NCBI GenBank assembly: GCA_963790205.1
Contig: CAWBNQ010000011.1
Location: 64,001-128,000 of the forward strand
DNA length: 64,000 bases
From: Nitrospirota bacterium
GTDB taxonomy: Bacteria > Nitrospirota > UBA9217
Direction: 5' to 3'
The notes under the pieces are model-generated. The model saw nothing but the letters and a program-made list of their open reading frames with translations, was not told the origin of the DNA and searched no databases. The translations under genes and the position numbers were made by a program. Each line of letters starts with the position of its first letter. Within the stretch, counting starts at the first letter, position 1. Positions 1-7,353 of this stretch are shown one piece after another.

Positions 1-228
1 ATCGCCGAAGAACATTCGATCCCCTGTTACGTTTCAATGGAAGAACGCATGGCCTGCGGCCTTGGGGCCTGCATGGGCTGCTCGGTCCCGATAAAGGCCG
101 GCGGGTACAAGCGGGCGTGCAAGGAAGGACCGGTGTTCGATTCGAGAGTGATCGATTGGAGCGAGCAGGTGTTTCTGAAGGTAAGAAGGCAGGAAGGTGG
201 GAAGGCGAGCAAGGCGCGGAACAAATAA
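1..228 (+). CDS. pyrK: Dihydroorotate dehydrogenase electron transfer subunit, C-terminal part (5' truncated by window)
   Basis: Frame open from base 1; [16 protein letters not shown]...CKEGPVF 2Fe-2S motif; upstream of pyrD. Confidence 0.9.
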   Translation: MAEEHSIPCYVSMEERMACGLGACMGCSVPIKAGGYKRACKEGPVFDSRVIDWSEQVFLKVRRQEGGKASKARNK

Positions 229-235
229 TCCGAAA

Positions 236-370
236 TCCTGATCCACACAAGCCTGGAAGCAAAACGGGCAAGACTTTTTGGCCGCGAAGATGCGCAAAAT
301 TCGCAAAAAGTTTAAACCCTTTAAATCGAGTGCTTTTCTTGCGCTTTTTGTGCCTTTTTGCGGCTAAACG
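236..370. repeat. Dispersed palindromic intergenic repeat (~130 bp); inverted copy at 21446-21568
   Basis: GCCGCGAAGATGCGCAAAATTCGCAAAAA...TTTTTGTGCCTTTTTGCGGC closely matches the reverse complement of 21446-21568. Confidence 0.75.
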
Positions 371-458
371 ATTTTATTTTCAACACGTGTTTATCCGCTT
401 GCGTTTTGGTAATAGCCGGGCATGTCCATCCGTGGCAAACAGGGTTTATTGTAATGTC

Positions 459-1400
459 ATGAAGAAAAAGACGCCGATAATATCAAAACCCGACCTCTCA
501 GTAGACTTCGCCGGGATCAAGTTCAAGAACCCGGTGCTCACCGCGTCAGGCACGTTCGGCTACGGCGAGGAGTTTGCGGAGTTCGTCGATCTGAACAAGC
601 TGGGCGGCGTGATCGTCAAGGGCATTTCGCTTAAGGCCATCAAGGGCAATCCTCCGCCTCGTATCTGGGAGACGCCGTCCGGGATGCTGAATGCCATAGG
701 CCTTGAAAACCCGGGCGTCGATGTGTTCCTGGGCGAAAAACTTCCTTATCTCAGGAAGTTCGATACCGCGGTGATCGTGAATGTCTTCGGATACAGTCCG
801 GAGGAGTATGTGGGCGTTGTTGAACGGATCGAGGGTGCAGCGGGAGTGTCCGGCATCGAGGTGAACATCTCCTGCCCGAACGTGAAGGCCGGCGGTATGG
901 CCTTCGGCACGGACCTCAAGGCGACCTTTGAACTGCTCTCGGCTGTCCGCAGGGTAACCCGGCTTCCGCTTATCGCCAAGCTCTCCCCGAATGTTACGGA
1001 CATCACGGAGTTCGCCAGGACCGCGCGTGACGCGGGATGCGACGGGCTGTCGCTCATCAATACGCTCTTGGGCATGGCGATCGACGTGCGCTGCAGGAGG
1101 CCCCGTCTCGCGAACTGCACCGGGGGCCTTTCCGGTCCGGCGATCAGGCCGGTCGCCGTGCGCATGGTATGGCAAGTATCTCAGGCCGTAAAAATCCCGA
1201 TCATCGGGATGGGAGGCATTGTCACGGGCGAGGACGCTCTCGAGTTCATCCTGGCAGGCGCCTCGGCCGTGGCAGTCGGCACCTCAAACTTCGTCAATCC
1301 GCGCGCCACCCTCGACGTGCTTGCCGGCATGGAGCGGGTCATGCTCGAACAGGGCGCCGGGGATATCAGGGGGCTCGTCGGGAAGGTGAACGTCGGATGA
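459..1400 (+). CDS. pyrD: Dihydroorotate dehydrogenase family 1B catalytic subunit
   Basis: KNPVLTASGTFG, GNPPPR, NISCPN, KLSPN, GGLSG motifs; ATG 459 chosen over ORF-track start 117. Confidence 0.95.
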   Translation: MKKKTPIISKPDLSVDFAGIKFKNPVLTASGTFGYGEEFAEFVDLNKLGGVIVKGISLKAIKGNPPPRIWETPSGMLNAIGLENPGVDVFLGEKLPYLRKFDTAVIVNVFGYSPEEYVGVVERIEGAAGVSGIEVNISCPNVKAGGMAFGTDLKATFELLSAVRRVTRLPLIAKLSPNVTDITEFARTARDAGCDGLSLINTLLGMAIDVRCRRPRLANCTGGLSGPAIRPVAVRMVWQVSQAVKIPIIGMGGIVTGEDALEFILAGASAVAVGTSNFVNPRATLDVLAGMERVMLEQGAGDIRGLVGKVNVG

Positions 1401-2875
1401 GGATCGTAACGAGCCTCAAGAGCAAGATCATCATCGCGATCTCCGCCATTCTCGCGGTGACCATCGGACTCGGTACGTGGATCAACATCGGGTTCCAGCG
1501 CGCGCAGATGGAGGACGCCCTTGAGGACAACATTCTTATCATCGCGAACACGATAGAACGGAGCCTTGCCAACGCCATGCTCGACGGCAAGAGCAAGGAA
1601 GTTCAGCACATCCTCGAGGCGGTCGGCGTGTATCACAACATCAGTGAAGTAAGGATATTCAGCCCGAACGGCGTAATCCTTAAATCGTCAAAACGCTGGA
1701 TGATCGGCAGAAGGGTCGACCCGGCGACGGAAAAATGGTTCCTGGCCGACCGGTTTAAAAGACCGATCAAGCGGAGAGATGAAGGGATTTTCTCCGTATT
1801 ATTCCCGATTCAGAATGAAGAACGATGTTTTCACTGCCACGGCTCCATCGTGAAACTGAACGGCATCCTGGCGGTGGACGTTTCCATGGCCCAGACCCAG
1901 GAAAAAGTAAGCGCCCTGGTCAAGACCATGCTCCTCTGGGCTTTCGGTATAGCGGTGCTTCTCGCCATATCCCTTTCGCTGTTCCTGACCCACTTTGTCA
2001 CGAACCCGATACAGGACCTGATCATCACCATGGAGCGCACGGAGCAGGGGCTCGAGGCCAGGGCGGAGGTGAAAAGCTCCGACGACATCGGCAGGCTCGG
2101 CCTGGCCTTCAACTCCCTTCTGTCGAAACTCGAGCTGGCGCGGCGCCGTGTGGAGCGGTACCATTATGAGCAGATGAAGCGCGCCGACCGGCTCGCCTCC
2201 ATCGGCGAGATGGCGGCGGGCATCGCGCACGAGATCAAAAATCCGCTGGCAGGAATTGCAGGCGTGATCCAGGTGATCAAGAAGGACATGCTCGTCGGCG
2301 ATCAGAAAAAAGCGGTGCTCGACGAAGTGCTTTCACAGGTTGAACGCATGGACAAGGCCGTGCGGAACCTGCTTTCCTTCGCCCGGCCGCCGGAGCCGAA
2401 AATGACGCTCGTCGATATCAACGAACTGGTCGGGAAGCTCCTCGATTTTCTTGCGCCGCAGTTCGCCAAGAATGCCATTCTCGCCGAGCGACGGCTGGCT
2501 GCGGGCCTGCCCTGGCTTACGCTGGACCCCGACCTGGTCCAGCAGGCGCTCATCAATGTTGCGCTGAATGCGATCCAGGCGATGCCCGAGGGGGGCAAGT
2601 TCATCGTCGAGACAAAATCGACCAAACCTTCCGGAGACACGCCGGGGTCGGTGGAGATCGTGTTCAGCGATACGGGAAAAGGGATTTCCGCTGAAAACAT
2701 GAGCCGGATCTTCGGCCCCTTTTTCACGACCCGCCAGCAGGGGACGGGGCTGGGACTGTCGATCACGCAGCGTATTATAGAACAGCATAATGGTGAAATC
2801 AACGTTACGAGCGCTCCCGGGACAGGCGCTGTTTTCACGATAAGTTTCCCCTATCCCGAGAGCGTGAAAGCATAA
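1397..2875 (+). CDS. Membrane sensor histidine kinase (periplasmic CxxCH heme-c motif, HAMP, HisKA, HATPase_c)
   Basis: Two TM segments; CFHCH; AHEIKNPL H-box; NAIQAM, DTGKGI, FFTT, GTGLGL boxes; ATGA overlap with pyrD stop. Confidence 0.9.
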   Translation: MRIVTSLKSKIIIAISAILAVTIGLGTWINIGFQRAQMEDALEDNILIIANTIERSLANAMLDGKSKEVQHILEAVGVYHNISEVRIFSPNGVILKSSKRWMIGRRVDPATEKWFLADRFKRPIKRRDEGIFSVLFPIQNEERCFHCHGSIVKLNGILAVDVSMAQTQEKVSALVKTMLLWAFGIAVLLAISLSLFLTHFVTNPIQDLIITMERTEQGLEARAEVKSSDDIGRLGLAFNSLLSKLELARRRVERYHYEQMKRADRLASIGEMAAGIAHEIKNPLAGIAGVIQVIKKDMLVGDQKKAVLDEVLSQVERMDKAVRNLLSFARPPEPKMTLVDINELVGKLLDFLAPQFAKNAILAERRLAAGLPWLTLDPDLVQQALINVALNAIQAMPEGGKFIVETKSTKPSGDTPGSVEIVFSDTGKGISAENMSRIFGPFFTTRQQGTGLGLSITQRIIEQHNGEINVTSAPGTGAVFTISFPYPESVKA

Positions 2876-3101
2876 ACCCGGGAAAAATCATGGCTGCAGC
2901 CGTACGCAAATGAGCGGCAAAAAAACAATTCGATGATGATAAAACGGAATCCATCTCAAAGGTAAGGGTTTCCCCCTTTTTTTCTCTTCGACGACAGGTC
3001 GTTCACTTCTTCCTCTTCCGGCAACCCCCAGCTCTCTTACTTGCATTTTTCTCTTTCTTAACATACAATCAAATCAGCGGCAATGGCCGAGATAGATATA
3101 T

Positions 3102-3983
3102 ATGGAAGAAGAACTGCTCAAAAAGTTCCTGATCTACCTGGCCGTGGAAAAAGGGCTCGCAAAGAACACCCTGGAATCCTACGAGCGCGACCTGCGCAAA
3201 TACTTCCATTTCATGAAAAACAAAAGCGTTGATGATATTTCACGAACTGATGTCGTGTCGTTCCAGGCACGCCTGTCAACGGAAGGCATGGCGACTCCTT
3301 CCGTCGCGCGAAGCCTGTCCGCCATCAGAGGTTTCCATAAATATCTGATGACCGACGGTTTGGCGCGCACGGACCCCACGGTGAATATCGAGACGCCCCG
3401 GGGTTGGAAGCGGCTGCCGAAGACGCTCTCAACGGCGGATGTGGACTCCCTTCTTAACCAGCCCCAGCTATCGTCCCCGATCGGGCTGCGCGACAAAGCA
3501 ATGCTGGAACTGCTCTACGCTACGGGACTGCGCGTGAGCGAACTGGTGGGGCTCAGGGTCCCGGACATCAATCTTGAGAGGGGTTTTCTCATAGTCATGG
3601 GCAAGGGGTCCAAGGAGCGGGCAGTGCCGATGGGCGAACTTGCGATCGCCGCAATCAAACAGTACCTCGCCGGCGCCAGACAAACCCTGCTGAACGGCAG
3701 GGATTCCCACCTGCTGTTCATCAGTTCGAAGCGAAGAGGGATAACCCGGCAGATGTTCTGGGAAAGGATCAAATTCTATACCAGAAAGGCGGGCATCGGA
3801 AAGAGCATTTCTCCCCATACCCTGCGTCATTCCTTTGCGACCCACCTGCTCGACAACGGCGCGGACCTCCGCGCCGTACAGGCCATGCTCGGGCATTCGG
3901 ATATTTCCACAACGCAGATCTATACCCATGTTTCCCGGGAGCGGCTCAAGCAGATCCATGAGAAGTATCACCCGAGAGGATGA
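3102..3983 (+). CDS. xerD: Site-specific tyrosine recombinase XerD
   Basis: LYATGLRVSEL, GKGSKER, SPHTLRHSFATHLL, LGHSDISTTQIYTHV, HPRG C-terminus. Confidence 0.93.
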   Translation: MEEELLKKFLIYLAVEKGLAKNTLESYERDLRKYFHFMKNKSVDDISRTDVVSFQARLSTEGMATPSVARSLSAIRGFHKYLMTDGLARTDPTVNIETPRGWKRLPKTLSTADVDSLLNQPQLSSPIGLRDKAMLELLYATGLRVSELVGLRVPDINLERGFLIVMGKGSKERAVPMGELAIAAIKQYLAGARQTLLNGRDSHLLFISSKRRGITRQMFWERIKFYTRKAGIGKSISPHTLRHSFATHLLDNGADLRAVQAMLGHSDISTTQIYTHVSRERLKQIHEKYHPRG

Positions 3984-3985
3984 GG

Positions 3986-4056
3986 GAATTGCAGATTGCG
4001 GAATGCGGATTGCGAATTAAAAATCCAAAATCTACAATCTAAAATCCGAAATTGAA
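3986..4056. repeat. Inverted pair of 7-mer tandem arrays (ATTGCGG-like / AATCCGA-like)
   Basis: ATTGCAG ATTGCGG AATGCGG ATTGCGA followed by AATCCAA AATCTAC AATCTAA AATCCGA. Confidence 0.65.
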
Positions 4057-4058
4057 CC

Positions 4059-6677
4059 ATGGAAGTCATCACCAGTCATACAAACGCCGATTTCGACGCC
4101 CTGGCCTCCATGGTGGCGGCGAAGAAGCTCTATCCGGAAGCCAGGCTGGTGTTCCCCGGCTCGCAGGAAAAGAGCATGCGTGATTTTTTTCTCGAATCGG
4201 CTTTCTACGCCATGGAGGTGGAGCGCCTGAGAAACGTCGATGTGAACAGCATCACCCGGCTCATCATCGTCGATAACCGCAATCCCGCGCGGCTCGGCAA
4301 GCTCGCTGAAGCGTTGAAACGTCCCGGTCTGCCGGTGCATATCTACGACCATCATCCGACGGCGGCCGGAGATGTCAAGGGAGAGCTCGAGGTCGTGGAA
4401 GAGATCGGGGCGACGACGACGATCATGGTGGAACTGATCAAGCAGAAGGGCGTCACGGTCACGCCGCTCGAGGCGACGATCTTCGCCTTGGGGATCTATG
4501 AGGAGACGGGCTCACTTACGTTCATATCGACCACGAAACGGGACGCCGAGGCCGCGGCCTGGCTCATTTCCCAGGGCGCCCAGCTCAACATCGTCTCGGA
4601 CTTTATCTCGCGCGAGCTCACCCCGGAACAGGTTTCGGTCTTGAACGCGCTGATCGAAGGGGCCACAAGCTACGAAATCAACGGCGTGCGCGTCGTGATC
4701 ACCGCAATGGCCACGCAGCATTTCATCCCGGACCTGGCCAACCTGGCCCACAAAATGAGGGACATGGAAAGCCTCAATGTGCTCTTTCTCGTAGTCCAGA
4801 TGGGCGACAAAACGCACATAATCGCCCGGTGCAGGGTCCCCCAGGTGAACGCCGGCAAGGTCCTCGAAGAGATGGGCGGAGGGGGGCATGCCACGGCGGC
4901 ATCGGCGGCAGTCAAGGACATGACGTACCTGCAGGCCAGGGAACGCCTGATCGACGTTCTCAAGCGCCACATCAAGCCGGGCAGGCTCGCGAGCGAGATC
5001 ATGACCTCGCCGGTCAAGACCATACCCTCCGGCAGCAGCATAGCCGGGGCCGGTGAGGCCATGACCCGTTTCAGCGTGAACGTGCTGCCGGTGCTGAGCG
5101 ATGACCGGTACCAGGGCATCATTACGCGCGAGGTCGTGCAAAAGGCGCTCTTTCACGGCCTGGGCAAACAGCAAGTCGACGATTTCATGATAACCGGCGG
5201 CCCGGTCGCGTCATCCGATATGCCCATGAGCCGGGTGGAGCGTATGATGATCGAGGAGGAGCAGCGTTTCATTCCCGTACTCGACCGGAGCGGCGCGATC
5301 ATCGGCGCGATCACGCGCACCGACCTGCTGCGCTCCCTGCACGAAGAGCGGCTGGACGAGGTCCGGGAACCCGATGAGCTGAGCCTTCGTTCGAACAGAA
5401 ACATACGGGGCCTGATCGAGGAACGGGTGCCTGCGGAGGTATACGAAGCGCTCAGGATCGTGGGAGAGGTCGCCGACGATGCCGGTTTTCCCGTTTATCT
5501 CGTCGGCGGGATCGTCCGCGACCTGTTCCTGCGCGTGACGAACCTCGACGTCGACATCGTCGTCGAGGGCGACGGCATCTTTTTTGCCGGCATGCTCGTC
5601 AAGCTGACCGGCGGCCGCATGAAGACCCACCAGAAGTTCGGGACCGCCGTCGTCGTGCTGCCGAAGGGGCTTAAGCTCGATATCGCCACGGCCCGGCTTG
5701 AATATTACGAGTCGCCGGCGGCCCTGCCCACGATCGAGCTTTCCTCCATCAAGAAGGACCTCTACCGCCGCGACTTTACGATCAATACGCTCGCGGTGCG
5801 GCTGAACCGGAAACGCTACGGGGACCTTATCGACTTCTTCGGGGGCCTGCGCGACATCAAGGAAAAAACGGTTCGTGCGCTGCACAGCCTTTCGTTCGTC
5901 GAAGACCCCACGCGCGTGTTTCGTGCCATTCGCTTTGAGCAGCGGTTCGATTTCCATTTGAGCAAACATACCCATAACCTGATCAAGACCGCCGTGAACA
6001 TGAAGCTTTTCAACAGGCTGACGGGCGAGCGTCTCTATGCCGAACTGGTCCTTATGTTCTCCGAAGCCGATCCCTTGAAAATATTAAAGCGCATGAAGGA
6101 TTTCGACCTCCTGAAGTTCATCCATCCGGGCCTCAAGGGCGCGGCGGAGACGGAACGTCTGTTTGCCGGCATCGGCGAGACGCTCACCTGGTTCAGGCTG
6201 CTCTACCTGGACCTGAAGACAAAAAAATGGTACCTCTATTTTCTCGGTCTTCTCGATGGCCTCAAAGATACGGCAGTCGAAGAAACGCTCGAGCGGCTGT
6301 CGGTGCCCGCGCGGCTCAGAGAGAGAATGCGACAGGCGAGGGTGCGGTACCGGGACGTGCTGTACGTGTTCAATAAGGAGCCCGGGCTTCCGTCCAGCCG
6401 CGTCTACGACCTTCTTGCGCCGCTCGAGACCGAGGCGCTCCTCCTCATGATGGCCAAGGCGAAGCAGGAAGCGGCCAAGAAATACATCTCGCTGTATCTC
6501 ACGCACCTCCGTGACGTCAGGGTCATGCTGACCGGCGACGACCTCAAGGCGCTCGGCATCCCGCCCGGCCCGCGGTACAAAGAGCTCCTTGCCGAACTCC
6601 TGGACGCAAAGCTCGACGGCCTTGTCCGGAACCGCGGGGAGGAGCTCGAGTTCGCGAAGCGCAAAGCCGGCAAATGA
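4059..6677 (+). CDS. tRNA nucleotidyltransferase (CCA- or A-adding) with N-terminal DHH/DHHA1 and CBS domains
   Basis: HTNADFD, DHH, GGGGH; CBS pair; VGGIVRD, DVDIVV, RRDFTIN, EDPTR motifs. Confidence 0.9.
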   Translation: MEVITSHTNADFDALASMVAAKKLYPEARLVFPGSQEKSMRDFFLESAFYAMEVERLRNVDVNSITRLIIVDNRNPARLGKLAEALKRPGLPVHIYDHHPTAAGDVKGELEVVEEIGATTTIMVELIKQKGVTVTPLEATIFALGIYEETGSLTFISTTKRDAEAAAWLISQGAQLNIVSDFISRELTPEQVSVLNALIEGATSYEINGVRVVITAMATQHFIPDLANLAHKMRDMESLNVLFLVVQMGDKTHIIARCRVPQVNAGKVLEEMGGGGHATAASAAVKDMTYLQARERLIDVLKRHIKPGRLASEIMTSPVKTIPSGSSIAGAGEAMTRFSVNVLPVLSDDRYQGIITREVVQKALFHGLGKQQVDDFMITGGPVASSDMPMSRVERMMIEEEQRFIPVLDRSGAIIGAITRTDLLRSLHEERLDEVREPDELSLRSNRNIRGLIEERVPAEVYEALRIVGEVADDAGFPVYLVGGIVRDLFLRVTNLDVDIVVEGDGIFFAGMLVKLTGGRMKTHQKFGTAVVVLPKGLKLDIATARLEYYESPAALPTIELSSIKKDLYRRDFTINTLAVRLNRKRYGDLIDFFGGLRDIKEKTVRALHSLSFVEDPTRVFRAIRFEQRFDFHLSKHTHNLIKTAVNMKLFNRLTGERLYAELVLMFSEADPLKILKRMKDFDLLKFIHPGLKGAAETERLFAGIGETLTWFRLLYLDLKTKKWYLYFLGLLDGLKDTAVEETLERLSVPARLRERMRQARVRYRDVLYVFNKEPGLPSSRVYDLLAPLETEALLLMMAKAKQEAAKKYISLYLTHLRDVRVMLTGDDLKALGIPPGPRYKELLAELLDAKLDGLVRNRGEELEFAKRKAGK

Positions 6678-6753
6678 AAACGCCGCAACGGCATCTCGGC
6701 CTGCAAAGTTTTTCACTCCCGTTTCCGTCCGCCTTATCGTTACTTCCGGTAAC

Positions 6754-6819
6754 TCAGGAAAAACGAAGCTGAATATCAGGGTTTCCCCGATTGCGCCCCG
6801 GCTTCATTCCATGTATCAT
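6754..6819 (+). promoter_or_regulatory. Putative sigma70 promoter with upstream TF-like palindrome TCAGGGTTTCCCCGA
   Basis: 18-mer at 6776-6793 identical to 58661-58678; TTGCGC-N17-TATCAT immediately downstream. Confidence 0.5.
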
Positions 6820-7179
6820 CTTGAGGGTGATTATTGGACTTTCATCGTATTCGTTGATTTCTGTAAAAGAGATTCAGCATAACAGCATAAGGAGCTATTC
6901 GTGGACGCCCTCCGTCATGAAGAATGCCCGTCGTTAATACGGCTGCAGCCGGACAAGTACGAAACGGCGATAGGGACTGAGTCACATTTTCGGAGTATTG
7001 ATATTTAGCTATAATTGTGCTAGCGTTTCTCTGTATCCTGCCTTTGTCGGTTTCGTTTAAAAGAAACACTTCTTATCAATCAAGACAGATTCGTTGCTTT
7101 TAATGGTAATACAGCTTACATTAGTAAAAGTATAAAAAAGGTACCGGCCTTTTTAGCAAAGAGGGCACGAGGTGTTGGG

Positions 7180-7353
7180 ATGAATTCCAATGGGCCGATT
7201 GCGCATATTGCAGAAGCCGGACGAGTTTACCTGCTTTCGGACCATTTGCACGGAACCGCCGAACGCGCCGCGAAATTCGCCGCTGAATTCGGCTGCGCCG
7301 GATGGAGAAGGCTCGCCGGGCTGCAGCATGAAACACGGAGTGATAATGCCTGA
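7180..7353 (+). pseudogene. 57-aa remnant of a Cas3 HD-domain N-terminus
   Basis: MNSNGPIAH...LLSDHLHGTAERAAKFAAEFGCAGWRRLAGLQHE aligns with the N-terminus of the adjacent Cas3; GAGGTG SD upstream. Confidence 0.7.

Noticed and set aside
117..458. Long N-terminal extensions in the ORF track (117, 1037, 7190, 29020, 43008, 49883, 50710, 56862)
   Set aside because: They run through intergenic repeats or overlapping genes; family similarity begins at downstream starts
3102..3983. Tyrosine recombinase as integrase of a CRISPR-carrying island
   Set aside because: Sequence is typical chromosomal XerD, flanked by housekeeping genes, with no att repeats seen
546..6716. Numerous antisense and alternative-frame ORFs over housekeeping genes (here and throughout)
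   Set aside because: Shadow ORFs expected in GC-rich coding DNA; no recognisable motifs
6678..7345. CreTA-like mini-array or isolated CRISPR repeat near the cas genes
   Set aside because: No degenerate copy of the 37-bp repeat found by eye
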